Positions 31,621 to 42,184 of a DNA stretch of 64,000 nt are shown here, one piece after another. The position numbers were made by a program, and so were the translations under genes. Source of the stretch: an uncultured Microthrixaceae bacterium (GTDB lineage Bacteria; Actinomycetota; Acidimicrobiia; Acidimicrobiales; VFJN01); assembly GCA_963717755.1 (NCBI GenBank), contig CAVQWY010000002.1, positions 682,393-746,392 on the forward strand, given 5' to 3'. Position 1 is the first letter of the stretch; every line of letters starts with the position of its first letter. Under the pieces are notes generated by a model. The model was not told where the DNA came from, did no database searches, and saw only the letters and a program-made list of their open reading frames with translations.

Positions 31621-33629
31621 CTGATCCCCCGCAAGCGCCCGGACAGCAGCTCGATGTCAGCGTCGACCATCATCGTCACGAGGTCTTCGAACGACGTGCG
31701 CGGTTGCCAGCCGAGCACCGCCTTGGCCTTCGACGCATCGCCGATGAGCAGGTCGACCTCCGCGGGGCGCATGAACTTCTCATCGATCGTCACGTGGTCC
31801 TCCCAGCGCAGGCCCACGTGCTCGAAGGCGATCTGGCAGAACTGGCGGACCGAGTGCGTCTCGCCGCTCGCCACCACGTAGTCGTCGGGCCGATCCTGCT
31901 GGAGCATCATCCACATGGCCTCGACGTAGTCACCGGCGAAGCCCCAGTCGCGCTCCGCGTCGAGGTTGCCGAGGGCGAGCGTGTCCGTGAGCCCGAGCTT
32001 GATCCGCGCCACCGTGTGGCTGACCTTCCGAGGCAAGAACTCCATCCCTCGCCGAGGCGAGTTGTGGGTCACGACGAGGCCAACGCCGGCCGCGAACCGT
32101 TCGGTCTCGGTAGCCAGGTCGCACATCCAGCCGCGGTAGGTGCCTTCGTCCACTCGACGGACCTCGTCCTGAGGCTCGCGGAGATGGGCACCCTCGTTCC
32201 CAACCGTCAGGCCCGGGCTCAGGTTGATCAGATAGCTGTCGCCACCCCCGAGCGCGCCACCCTGGCGGTAGATGCTGACTCGGCGGCCCAGGGTGGTGCG
32301 GGCCAACCACACCAGCCCGGCGGCCAGCACCGGAGAGGTCGTGCAGAAGGCCTTGAACGGATCGATCCCGTGGCCGGCCCGCAGCCCGTCGCCGAGGTTG
32401 TACGCCGCGAGGAACGCCTCTTGGAGGTGCGGTGCCGCGTTCAGGATCCGCTTCGGCACCCGCTTGTGGCGGTCGGCGCAGTACAGCTCGGAGCGGAGCA
32501 TGCGCAGATATGGCGCGTTGCCGTTGAGGCGCAGCGCCGGCGTCCGGCGATCGCTGAAGGCCGACGGGCCTCCGAGGTACTTGACGCTGGTCCCGCCGCT
32601 CACGCGCTCCCAACAGCTGGCCGCTTCGGCGAGCACGGCGTCGTCATGGCACGTGATGCACCCGTTCCCTCGCTCGCTCACCCACCCCTCCGCCGTCAGG
32701 ATCCCGAGCAGCCAGGCCTCTTCCTCCGTGAGCACCGTGCCCAGGGTCTGCCCGGGTTGATCCGCCAACACGAGACGCTCGCCCGCTACCAGCGACGCCG
32801 CCTCTCGGTCGCCACTAGGGGTGATGTGGACATGGTCGGGTGTCGACTCGATGACTCCGCCCCGGCCGTGGACGATGGTGGTCGGTCCGTCGTACCAGTA
32901 CGCGGTGCGCGCGAGGACCCGGACGAAGCGCTCGCCGTCCCACACCTGCAGGTCGCCGCCGGGATACGTGAGCCGGCCACCCGGCTCGCCATCGCGCGGG
33001 TGTGGCATCAGCGCACCGATCGGGACGACGTCGATGAGGCCGTCGCGCAGGGTCACGACGGGCGTGTTCTCCACCAAACTCTCGTGGTTGAACAGGATGC
33101 CACTGGAGGCGTGGAGGTCGTAGGACTCGCGGTAGTTGACGGTGATCCAGTGGCCGTAGAGCTTGGCCACGCCGTAGGGGGACCGCGGGTAGAAGGGCGT
33201 CTTCTCCGTCTGCGGGACCTGCTGCACCTTGCCGAACATCTCGCTGGAGCTGGCTTGGTAGAAGCGGATCTCCGGGTCGACGATCCGGATGGCGTCGAGG
33301 AGTCTGGTGACGCCGAGGGCGGTGATCTCGCCGGTGAGCACGGGCTGCGTGAACGACGTCTGCACGAACGACTGGGCGGCGAGGTTGTACACCTCCGTGG
33401 GCCGGCACTCGCGGAGGATCGAGATGAGCGAGGCCTCGTCGAGCAGGTCGCCGGACGATGTGTAGGGATCGAGCACGACGCGGTCCTGGAGGTGGGCGAT
33501 GCGCTCGAAGTTCGTGGTGCTGCTGCGCCGCACCATGCCGATGACCTCGTAGTCCTTCTCGAGGAGCAGCTCGGCCAGGTACGAGCCGTCCTGACCGGTG
33601 ATGCCGGTGATGAGCGCACGCTTGGTCAT
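31617..33629 (-). CDS. gmd: GDP-mannose 4,6-dehydratase interrupted by an in-frame intein
   Basis: Intact 670 aa. N-extein [19 protein letters not shown]...[10 protein letters not shown]...GILFNHE (183 aa). C-extein [13 protein letters not shown]...[11 protein letters not shown] (147 aa). Confidence 0.9.
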   Translation of the reverse strand: MTKRALITGITGQDGSYLAELLLEKDYEVIGMVRRSSTTNFERIAHLQDRVVLDPYTSSGDLLDEASLISILRECRPTEVYNLAAQSFVQTSFTQPVLTGEITALGVTRLLDAIRIVDPEIRFYQASSSEMFGKVQQVPQTEKTPFYPRSPYGVAKLYGHWITVNYRESYDLHASSGILFNHESLVENTPVVTLRDGLIDVVPIGALMPHPRDGEPGGRLTYPGGDLQVWDGERFVRVLARTAYWYDGPTTIVHGRGGVIESTPDHVHITPSGDREAASLVAGERLVLADQPGQTLGTVLTEEEAWLLGILTAEGWVSERGNGCITCHDDAVLAEAASCWERVSGGTSVKYLGGPSAFSDRRTPALRLNGNAPYLRMLRSELYCADRHKRVPKRILNAAPHLQEAFLAAYNLGDGLRAGHGIDPFKAFCTTSPVLAAGLVWLARTTLGRRVSIYRQGGALGGGDSYLINLSPGLTVGNEGAHLREPQDEVRRVDEGTYRGWMCDLATETERFAAGVGLVVTHNSPRRGMEFLPRKVSHTVARIKLGLTDTLALGNLDAERDWGFAGDYVEAMWMMLQQDRPDDYVVASGETHSVRQFCQIAFEHVGLRWEDHVTIDEKFMRPAEVDLLIGDASKAKAVLGWQPRTSFEDLVTMMVDADIELLSGRLRGIS
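32061..33080 (-). mobile_element. Intein (340 aa, Ser1 ... His-Asn / Ser+1) with LAGLIDADG-type homing endonuclease domain
   Basis: Starts [14 protein letters not shown] (AGT at 33080..33078). TPDH block [12 protein letters not shown] and [26 protein letters not shown]. Ends GLVVTHN (AAC at 32063..32061), followed by SPRRG. Confidence 0.85.
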
Positions 33630-33662
33630 CCGGCCGTTCTACCCCGGGGTTGTGACGGTGGC

Positions 33663-33679
33663 TGCCAACTAGGTTGGCA
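33663..33679. promoter_or_regulatory. 17-bp palindrome TGCCAAC-TAG-GTTGGCA, candidate operator
   Basis: Perfect 7-3-7 inverted repeat. It ends 2 nt before the GTG of the XRE regulator and sits in the 52-bp gap to divergent gmd. Confidence 0.4.
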
Positions 33680-33681
33680 AG

Positions 33682-34134
33682 GTGGACTCCCTCGGGCGGC
33701 GCATCGCCAAGCGGCGGGCGGAGCTCGGATGGACCCAGCAGGAGCTGGCCGATCGCATCGCCGTGTCCCGGGTCGCGCTGTCCCACCTCGAGAGCGACCT
33801 GAGCTCAGCCGGCGAGCGCACGGTCGCGCTGCTGGCGGGTGTCTTCGGTCTGGAGCCCCATGAGCTCGTGTCCGGCTCGACGTACCCAGCCGCCAAGGCC
33901 GACCGCCTGCCGCTCGTGGTCGCTCGCCACACCGAGGTCGAGCTCCAGTGCCGCCTCCTCGATCGCGACCTCGACGAGCTCGCCCGCACCGGTGACCGCA
34001 CCCGCCTCGACGGCTGGGCTGCCCGGCTCGCCGCCCTCCACGGTGAGGCCCACGACGCCCGCCAGCGCACCCTGCTCGACCAGGCCGGCGCCCGCCTCCG
34101 CCACGCCCAGTCGCGCGGCACCGCCCATTCTTGA
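33682..34134 (+). CDS. XRE-family helix-turn-helix transcriptional regulator
   Basis: LGRRIAKRRAELGWTQQELADRIAVSRVALSHLE is a classic Cro/C1-type HTH. Intact 150 aa. Confidence 0.85.
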   Translation: MDSLGRRIAKRRAELGWTQQELADRIAVSRVALSHLESDLSSAGERTVALLAGVFGLEPHELVSGSTYPAAKADRLPLVVARHTEVELQCRLLDRDLDELARTGDRTRLDGWAARLAALHGEAHDARQRTLLDQAGARLRHAQSRGTAHS

Positions 34135-34188
34135 GCTGGTTCGCTGTGGTCTTCGCAGCAAGACAGCTCGAGAACGCGGGTGGACCGG

Positions 34189-35101
34189 TCAGTCGCTGAG
34201 GATGCGGTGGCGCATGTCGTCGAGGAGGTCGGCGACCGTCTGCTCGATCGAGATGGTGGGCGCCCAGCCGGTGGCGGCGCGGAGCTTCGATGCGTCGCCG
34301 CGCAGCACCGGGAGGTCGATCGGGCGGAGCAGCGCGGGATCGGTCACCAGCTCGATGGGCCGCTCGGCCAGGCCGACCAGCAGGTCGGCGAGCGTCTGGA
34401 TGGCGAGGTCCTGGCCGGTGCAGAGGTTGTAGACGTCGCCCGGCGTGCCGTGCTCGATGAGCAGCCGGTACGCGCGCACGACGTCGCGGACGTCGGTGAC
34501 GTCGCGGCGAGCGGACAGGCTCCCGACCGGGATGGTGTCGGCACCGTCGCGCTCGGCGCGGGCGATGCGGGCGGCGATGGCCGGGGCGACGAAGTGCTCG
34601 GACTGACCTGGCCCGAGGTGGTTGAAGGGCCGGACGCGCACCACCCCGAGGCCGTGGCCGAGGAACGCCTGTTGGGCCGAGCGCGTCGGCCGCGACCTTG
34701 GAGGCGGCGTAGGGGCTGGTGGGTCGCAGCGGGGAGTCCTCGGTGAGCGGCAGCTCGGCCTCGGTGACGACGCCGTAGACGTCGGCGCTCGCCACCGCCA
34801 GGACCCGGTCGACTCCGGCGGCCGTGCACGCTCGCAGCACGTGCAGCGTGCCCTCGGCGTTCACCCGGAGGACCTCCACGGGGTCCCGCCACGACGCGCC
34901 CACGTCGGCCCAGCCGGCCAGGTGGTACACGGCGTCGGGAGCCGCCTCCGTCAGCGCCGCCTCGACGCCGGGACCGTCGGTGATGTCCACGACGTGGTCG
35001 CCCTGGTGGTCGAGCGTCGTCACCTCGTCGCCCGCCTCGCGGAGGTGCTCCACGAGGTGGCGGCCGACGAACCCCAGACCTCCGGTGACCACCGCTCGCA
35101 T
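34189..35101 (-). pseudogene. rmd: GDP-4-dehydro-6-deoxy-D-mannose reductase-like SDR (Rmd/GDP-sugar reductase), frameshift near 34690
   Basis: MRAVVTGGLGFVGRHL...SPYAASKVAAD in one frame. QQAFLGHGLGVVRVRPFNHLGPGQ... is in ORF 34189..34644. Adjacent to gmd. Confidence 0.7.
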
Positions 35102-35111
35102 GGCGCGCACA

Positions 35112-36048
35112 CTACGGGAGACGGGGGTGTCCTCCCGCCAAGAGCCGAGCGGCGTCGAACGCGGCTCGCACCCGCCGCCGCAGGGGAGCGACGTGGGGAC
35201 GCCGGACCCGAACCAGCGGACCGAGCACGTCGGTGCCGACGGCCACGACGATCCCGCCGAGGGCCCGGGCCCACGCCCCGATGGCGACCCGCGCGCCCGC
35301 CGTGCCGCGTCACCACCACCAGGCGGTTGCGCCGGTTGAGGTGGTCGAGGAGCGGTGTCCGCTCGCCACCGGAGCTGGCCCGGTGGAGGTGGCGGACGAC
35401 CGAGGTGGGCACGTATCGGTACCGCCACCCCCGCTTGGCGCCGCGCCAGGCGAGATCGGCATCCTCCGCGTAGAGGAAGAGCCTCTCGTCGAAGTGGCCC
35501 ACCTCGTCCAGGTAGTGGCGACGCAGCAGCACGGCCGCCCCGCACCAGCCCCACACGTCCTCTTCGCGGTCGTACTGCCCGCGGTCGACCTCGCCGTACC
35601 CGCGGTCGTGCAGCTCCCACGTGGGGCCGAGCTCGTTGCCCACGTTGTTGATGACCGCCCGCCCGTCGTCGTCGGGCTCGGCCAAGAGGATCTTCGGGCT
35701 CGCGGCGCCCACCTTCGGGTCGGCATCGAGCGCCGCCGCGAGGGGGGTCAGCCACCCCGGGTCGACGAAGGCGTCGGAGTTCACCAACGCCACGGCGTCG
35801 AGGTCGCCCAGCTCGACGAGGCCGCGGTTCATGCCGCCCGCGTACCCGAGGTTGGCGCCGGTCTCCACCAGGCGCACGTTGGAGTGGCGCTCCGTCCAGC
35901 GATCGGTGGAGCCGTCGGTGGAGCCGTTGTCGACCACCACCACCTCGAGCGAGCCGGTCCACTCCGTGGCCAGCAGGTGCTCGACGCAGCGATCGATGAT
36001 GCCCGCGTTGTTCCAGCAGAGCACCACGGCGCGCACTCGCTGGATCAC
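35112..36048 (-). pseudogene. GT-A family 2 glycosyltransferase (rhamnosyltransferase-like), frameshift near 35280
   Basis: VVVVDNGSTDGS, NLGYAGGMNRG and YAEDADLAWR motifs. The C-terminal ~65 aa and the TAG stop (35112) are in another frame. Confidence 0.8.
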
Positions 36049-36088
36049 CGGGTGATCGTACGGGCGGAGCCGCTGGGGGAGCGGACCG

Positions 36089-36325
36089 CTACTTGCGCTC
36101 GAGCACCGCGCCGAGGCGCTCTTCGACCATCTTCAGTCGCTCACCGACCAAGGCGCCCACCACCTCGAGGGCGCCCTTGGCCTCGTCGGCCTGCCCGCTG
36201 AGGACCTTGTTCAGCTCGTTGCGACGCACCTGGAGGCGCTGGAACGCGATGACGCCGAGACCGACGGACACGTACGCCGCGTCCTTCACGGCGTTGGTGA
36301 CGTCGTCGAGGGGAGATCGAGCCAT
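36089..36325 (-). CDS. Small conserved hypothetical protein (78 aa)
   Basis: ATG at 36325 preceded by GAAGGAG 6 nt upstream. MARSPLDDVTNAVKDAAYVSVGLGVIAF... Confidence 0.6.
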   Translation of the reverse strand: MARSPLDDVTNAVKDAAYVSVGLGVIAFQRLQVRRNELNKVLSGQADEAKGALEVVGALVGERLKMVEERLGAVLERK

Positions 36326-36400
36326 GGTGCGCTCCTTCGGGGGCCGCGAGGTGGTGCTGCGGGCACCGTACAGGCCCTCTGCTAACTGCTGCAAGCGCTT

Positions 36401-39400
36401 GTGCGAACGTGCGCAAGACCGCCGTCATGGGGCCTGCAGCCCGCTCGGGTGGGCGGAGGCGCGCGAGGCCCGGAGTACCCTCGGACAACCGTGGAGCCCC
36501 CTACCCCTGGCATCGACGCGCCCGATGACGCGCCGCTGGACACGCCACCGACTGCGCCCGCGGTCGTCGCCGTGGTCGTCGCGCGTGACCCCGGACCCTG
36601 GTTCGAGGAGGCGTTGGCGGCCCTCGCGGCCCAGGACTACCCGAACCTCGACATCCTCGTCATCGACGCCAACAGCCCCACCGAGGTCAAGCCGCGGGTC
36701 GGCCACGCCGCCCCGGGTGCCTTCGTGCGACGCCTCGACGAGGACCCCGGGTTCGGGGCCGCCGCCAACGAGGTGCTCGAGGTCGTCGAGGGCGCCGCCT
36801 TCTACCTGCTCTGCCACGACGACGTCGCGCCCGAGCCGGACGCGCTGCGCACGCTCGTCGAGGAGGCGTTCCGGTCCAACGCCGCCCTCGTCGGCCCGAA
36901 GCTGGTCGATTGGGACGACCCGCGCCGGCTCCTCCAGGTGGGCCAGGGCATGGACCATGCCGGCTACGGCATCCCGCTGGTGGAGCGGGGCGAGCTCGAC
37001 CAGTCGCAGCACGACGGCGTGCGCGACGTGTTCACCGTGCCGGGGCCGTGCACGCTGGTGCGAGCCGACCTCTTCGCCGAGATCGGCGGGTTCGACGAGG
37101 GCATCAGCGACTTCCTCGACGACGTCAGCCTGTGCTGGCGGGCGCAGATCGCCGGCGCGCGCGTGATCGTGGCGCCCGATGCCCGCGTCCGGCACCGCGA
37201 CGCGCTGGCCGAGCGCGCCGGCTACGACGGCCGCCGCCGCCTCCAAGCCCGTCACCGCCTCCGCATCGTGCTCAGCTGCTACGGCCCGCTCGGCGTGGCT
37301 CGCGCCGTCGTGCAGACCGTCGTGCTCAACATCATCGAGGTCGTCTACGCGCTGGCCGCTGGTCGCCGGCAGCGGGTGGGGGACGTCTTCCTCGCGTGGT
37401 CGTGGAACCTCCGGCACATCGGCGAGCTGCGCGAAGCGCGCCAGCAGGTCAAGGGCTTCCGGAACGTCTCCGACGGCGAGGTGCGCGCCGGGATGAGCCG
37501 GGGGAGCGCCCGGCTGAACCAGTTCCTCCGAGGCCAGATCGGGCGCGGGGAAGATCGCTTCTCGGGGCTCGCTCAGAGCGGGCGCGACGTGGCGGGGGTG
37601 CTCCGCTCGGGCACCCTCCGCGCGTCGGCCACCGTGTGGGCGGTCGTGGCCATCGTGCTGGTGGCGGGGAGCCGGCACCTGATCACGAGGGGCGTGCCGA
37701 CCGTCGGGGAGATGGTGGCGTTCGGCTCGTCGCCGCTCGATCTGCTGCGCAGCTGGATCAGCGGGTGGCGCACCGCCGGGCTGGGGTCGGAGGCCCCCGC
37801 CCCGACCGCGTTCGGGCTCCTCGGTGCGCTCGGGGTCGCCGTCGTCGGGACGATGGGCATGCTGCGCACCGTGCTGACCCTCGGGATGCTGCCGCTCGGC
37901 GCCCTCTTCGCCTACCGCCTGCCGCGCCCCACGGGCTCGCGGGGCGCGCAGATCGCGTGCCTGATCGTCTACGTCACCGTGCCGCTGCCGTACAACGCCC
38001 TGGCCCACGGCCGCTGGGGGGCGTTGGTGCTCTACGCCGCCGCGCCGCTGTTGGTGGCGCTGCTCGCCCGTGCGAGCCGGGTCGTCCCCTTCGGCGACGT
38101 CGGCGGTCCCGTCGGGCCTGCGGTCCAGCCCCGGAGCTGGCGCAACCACGTCCTCGCCCTCGGGCTCACCACCGCCGTGGTCGCCACGTTCGTGCCGGCC
38201 GTCGTCGTGCTGGTGGTGGTGATGGCCGCGGCCATGGCCATCGGCGGGGTCATCGCGCTGAACACCAGCGGCAGCGTCCGCATGCTCGGCGCGGCGACGG
38301 GCGGCGCGCTGCTCGCCGTGCTGCTGCACCTGCCGTGGAGCCTCGACTTCCTCATGCCGGGGACGACGCTCTCCGCGCTGGTGGGCGTGCCGAGCGCCAG
38401 CGAGCCCTCCGACCTCGGGGCGCTGCTGCGGTTCGACGTCGGCCCGTTGGGAAGCGGACCCGTGGGGCTGTGCTTCCTGGTGGCCGCCGCCCTCCCCCTC
38501 CTCATCGGTCGCGCCGAGCGGCACACCTGGGCGGTCCGTGGCTGGACGCTCGCCGTCGTCTCGTTCGCCGCGGCATGGGCGGCCCAGCGGGGCACGTTGG
38601 GCGTCGCCCTGCCGCCGGTCGACGTGCTGCTCGTACCTGCCGCCGTGGGCCTGGCGCTGGCGGCCGCCATGGGCGTGGCGGCCTTCGAGGTCGACCTGCC
38701 CGGGTACCGCTTCGGCTGGCGGCAGATCGCGTCGGGGGTGGCCGCTGCCGCCGTCGTGGCCGGCATCGTGCCGGTGCTGGGCGCCTCCTTCAACGGACGC
38801 TGGTCGATGCCGGCCGGCGACCACTCGCGGTCCCTTGCGTTCATCGACGCCGAGAGCGACGAGACGCCCTTCCGCGTGCTGTGGCTCGGCGACCCCGCCG
38901 CGCTTCCCCTCGCCGGATGGGAGCTCGACGAGGGCCTCGCCTATGCCAGCACCGACGCCGGGGCGCCGGGGCTGGAGAACCTCTGGGTGGGCTCCGACGA
39001 CGGCCGCACCGGGTTGCTGGGCGATGCGCTCGACCTGGCCCGCACCGGTCAGACCGCGCGGTTGGGGCGGCTCCTGGCCCCGATGGGGGTGCGCTACCTC
39101 GTGGTGCCAGAGCGCCTGGCGCCGGCTCCCTTCGCCACCGAGCCGTTCCCGGTGCCGGGTCGGCTCATCGCCACGCTCGCCGCGCAGCTCGACCTCGAGC
39201 CCCTCGACGTCCCCGCCGGGCTGACGGTGTTCCGCAACCAGGCGTTCATGCCGATGCGCGCGGGGCTCCCGGCGTCCGTCGCCGTGCCGACCGACGGGGG
39301 CATCGCGGCCGCCCTCGGCATCGACCTGTCGGACACGCCTGCGGTCCTCCCGGACGAGGACGGCCGCCTGCGCTGGTCGGGTCCCGTGGAGGCCGACACC

Positions 39401-39658
39401 ACCGTGCTGCTGTCGGCGTCGCACTCTGACCGCTGGGAGCTCACCGTGGACGGCACGGCCATCCCGTCCGACAAGCCCTTCGGGTGGGCGAACGGGTTCA
39501 CGATCAGCGAGGACGGCGAGGCCACCCTGCGGTTCCGAACGTCGCCGCTGCGCTACGGGGTGCTCGCCCTGCAGGCCCTGGCCTGGCTGTGGGCGATCCG
39601 GGTCTTGCTCCGCCTCCGGTTGAACCCGGCCCGCACCACCGAGGATGACGTCGCATGA
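36401..39658 (+). CDS. Large fusion protein: N-terminal GT-A family 2 glycosyltransferase, polytopic membrane domain, C-terminal extracytoplasmic domain
   Basis: Uninterrupted 1085-aa ORF. The true start may be GTG 36491. VVVARDPGPWFEEAL...LLCHDDV...DDVSLCWR, then more than 10 hydrophobic helices. Confidence 0.85.
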   Translation: MRTCARPPSWGLQPARVGGGARGPEYPRTTVEPPTPGIDAPDDAPLDTPPTAPAVVAVVVARDPGPWFEEALAALAAQDYPNLDILVIDANSPTEVKPRVGHAAPGAFVRRLDEDPGFGAAANEVLEVVEGAAFYLLCHDDVAPEPDALRTLVEEAFRSNAALVGPKLVDWDDPRRLLQVGQGMDHAGYGIPLVERGELDQSQHDGVRDVFTVPGPCTLVRADLFAEIGGFDEGISDFLDDVSLCWRAQIAGARVIVAPDARVRHRDALAERAGYDGRRRLQARHRLRIVLSCYGPLGVARAVVQTVVLNIIEVVYALAAGRRQRVGDVFLAWSWNLRHIGELREARQQVKGFRNVSDGEVRAGMSRGSARLNQFLRGQIGRGEDRFSGLAQSGRDVAGVLRSGTLRASATVWAVVAIVLVAGSRHLITRGVPTVGEMVAFGSSPLDLLRSWISGWRTAGLGSEAPAPTAFGLLGALGVAVVGTMGMLRTVLTLGMLPLGALFAYRLPRPTGSRGAQIACLIVYVTVPLPYNALAHGRWGALVLYAAAPLLVALLARASRVVPFGDVGGPVGPAVQPRSWRNHVLALGLTTAVVATFVPAVVVLVVVMAAAMAIGGVIALNTSGSVRMLGAATGGALLAVLLHLPWSLDFLMPGTTLSALVGVPSASEPSDLGALLRFDVGPLGSGPVGLCFLVAAALPLLIGRAERHTWAVRGWTLAVVSFAAAWAAQRGTLGVALPPVDVLLVPAAVGLALAAAMGVAAFEVDLPGYRFGWRQIASGVAAAAVVAGIVPVLGASFNGRWSMPAGDHSRSLAFIDAESDETPFRVLWLGDPAALPLAGWELDEGLAYASTDAGAPGLENLWVGSDDGRTGLLGDALDLARTGQTARLGRLLAPMGVRYLVVPERLAPAPFATEPFPVPGRLIATLAAQLDLEPLDVPAGLTVFRNQAFMPMRAGLPASVAVPTDGGIAAALGIDLSDTPAVLPDEDGRLRWSGPVEADTTVLLSASHSDRWELTVDGTAIPSDKPFGWANGFTISEDGEATLRFRTSPLRYGVLALQALAWLWAIRVLLRLRLNPARTTEDDVA

Positions 39659-41272
39659 GGTCGTCCCGCCTCACCTCGCTCGTGCTGCTGGCCGGTGCCG
39701 TCACAGGTGGCCTCGTGCTGGACGCCGCCGATGAACCGGCCGGCCCCGCGGACGACTCGCCCACCATCGTGGCCGGCGTCGCCATCCCTGCCGCCACGCC
39801 ACCCGGCACCCTCACCTCCACCTGGTACTGCGCAGGCGGCACCGCCACCGACGACGGCATCGCCGACCACGTCCTGCTGCTGGCCAACCCCACCGACCGT
39901 CCGCGGGAGGCGACGATCACGGTCCTGCCGGGCACCGTGTCGGCGGCGCCGGCCGTGGTCGACGAGGCCGCCGGCGGCGACACCACCACGACCACCGCGG
40001 CGTCGGCCACCACGACCACCACCGAGGCGGAGCCGCCTCCCGCGCCCACGCAGGTCGCCCTCCCCGCGCAGAGCCGCATCGAGGTGTCGCTCCGCGAGCT
40101 CGTCGAAGCACCGCTCGCGGGTGCCATCGTCGAGGTCGACGGCGGGGAGGTGGCCGTCGAGCACCAGATCACGGATCTCAGCGAGGACGGCGGGGGCCGG
40201 GCCACGGCGCCGTGCAGCTCGACGGCGGCACAGCGAGTGGTCCTTCCCCTGGGGCGTCACCTCCCGCGGCGCCCGGGAGCTCCTCGTGTTCATGAACCCG
40301 TTCCCCGACGACGCCACCGTCAACGTCGACTTCGCCACCGACGAGGGCACCCGCGACACGCTCCGCTTCCAGAACTTCGTCGTCCCGGGCCGCAGCGTGG
40401 TGGGCGCCTTCATCGACGAGGACGTCACCCGGCGGGCCCAGGTGTCCGCCCAGGTCCACGTGGGCAGCGGCCGCCTGGTGGTCGATCGCATCCAGACCTT
40501 CGACGGCAGCGACCCCGCCCTGGACGGCATCACCCTCGGTCTCGGCGCGCCGACGCCGGCCGAGACGTGGATCTTCCCCGACGGCAAGGTCGACGAGGGG
40601 ATCACCGAACAGATCGTCGTGTTCAACCCGACCGAGGACGTGGCGGAGGTGGTGGTGGAGGTGCGCCTCGACGACCCGACCACGAACGGCGTGCCGGAAC
40701 CGTTCGAGCTCACCATCCCACCGAGCCGGTTCTCGATCGTCGACCTGCACCAGCCGGACACCGAGGTCACCGAGGACACGCCCAAGCGGATCCCCGACGG
40801 CGTGGCCCACACCATCCTCGTCAACTCGTTGAACGGGGTGCCGGTGGCGGCGGAGCGCGTCGTCACGGCCTCCGAGCCGAACTCGACCGTCGGCGTCGGG
40901 GCCACGCTCGGCTCACCCGTGGCCGCACCCACGTGGCTGTTCCCGGGGGGCGGTGTGTCGGAGGAGCGCGACGAGTTCCTCACGCTGTTCAACGCGTCGA
41001 ACGACACCATCCGGTTCAGCGTCACGGCGCTCACCGGCTCCAGTCCGCTGGCGGTGCAGGACCTCCAAGACCTGGAGCTGGTCGCCGGCGGCCGGCTCTC
41101 GATCCAGCTGAGCCAGCACGTGGCCCGGGAGGACCTGCCGCTGGTGGTCGAGGCCGACGGCCCGATCGTCGTCGAGCGGGGGCTGTACCGGATCCAGGGT
41201 CGGGGCATCTCGCAGTCGATGGGCATCCCGATCGGGGTCGGCGTGCTCGTCCCCGATCCCATCAACGGGTGA
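39655..41272 (+). pseudogene. DUF5719-like secreted/anchored protein, frameshift near 40230
   Basis: The ATGA overlaps the upstream stop. Signal/anchor MRSSRLTSLVLLAGAV, WYCAGGT. After the shift, EWSFPWGVTSRGARELLVFMNPFPDD... Family name recalled from Streptomyces annotations. Confidence 0.6.
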
Positions 41273-41281
41273 ACTGCCGTT

Positions 41282-41293
41282 GAAATCGATTTC
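41282..41293. promoter_or_regulatory. 12-bp AT-rich perfect palindrome GAAATCGATTTC
   Basis: Only AT-rich patch in the 46-bp gap upstream of the PhyH-family gene. Could be an operator or part of a -10 region. Confidence 0.25.
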
Positions 41294-41318
41294 GATCGGG
41301 TCGGGGGGCTGGGCGGTG

Positions 41319-42180
41319 ATGTTGGACGAGGCGGTGGTGCAGGCCTTCGAGCGGGACGGGTTCGTCGTCATCCCCGACCTCGTCACCGTGGACGAGCTCG
41401 ACCACTTCGGCGGGGTCGTGACGGACGCGGTGGGCGAGCGGACCCAGGCGGACGACGTGCCGTTCGAGGAGAAGAGCCGGTACCAGCAGTCGTTCGTGCA
41501 GTGCATGAACCTCTGGGAGGACCATCCCGACGTCCGCCCGTTGACGTTCCACCCGCGCCTCGGCCAGGCGGCCGCCGACCTGCTGCGGGTGCCCGCCATC
41601 CGGCTCTGGCACGACCAGGCCCTCTACAAGCAGCCCGGGGGCCGACCCACCGACGCCCACCAGGACCACCCCTACTGGCCGATCAAGGAGACCCCGTCGG
41701 TGACGGCGTGGGTTCCGTTCGACGGGATCCACCCTCGCGTCGGGAGCCATGGCGTACCTGCCGGGCAGTCACACCATCGGGCTGCGCAAGTTCGTCAACA
41801 TCTTCTTCGGTGAGCCCGAGGACCTCCTCGCCGACCCGGAGATCGCGGGGATCGAGCCGGTCTTCGTCGAGGTCCCGAAGGGGAGCGTCGCGTTCCACCA
41901 CGGCCTCACCGTGCACCTGGCCAACGCCAACACCACCGACCGGCCCCGAGCCGTCCACACGATGATCTACTTCCCCGACGGCAGCACGCGTGGGTACCCG
42001 ACGCCGCACTTCTCGGTCGACCGCAACGGCATCGAGGTCGGCGAGCGCATCGACGGCGACGCCACGCCGCTGGTGTGGCCCCGGCCGGACGGCGACCTCC
42101 CACCGGTGCCCGCCGTCCCCTTCGACGTGCCCAGCCGGATCACCAACAGCGGCGCAGTGCCTCGCCCGACCGCCGGCTAG
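41319..42180 (+). pseudogene. Phytanoyl-CoA dioxygenase (PhyH) family Fe(II)/2OG oxygenase, frameshift near 41727
   Basis: FERDGFVVIPDL, WHDQALYKQPGG.PTDAHQD. After the shift, MAYLPGSHTIG...GSVAFHHGLTVH. Confidence 0.75.
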
Positions 42181-42184
42181 CGCG

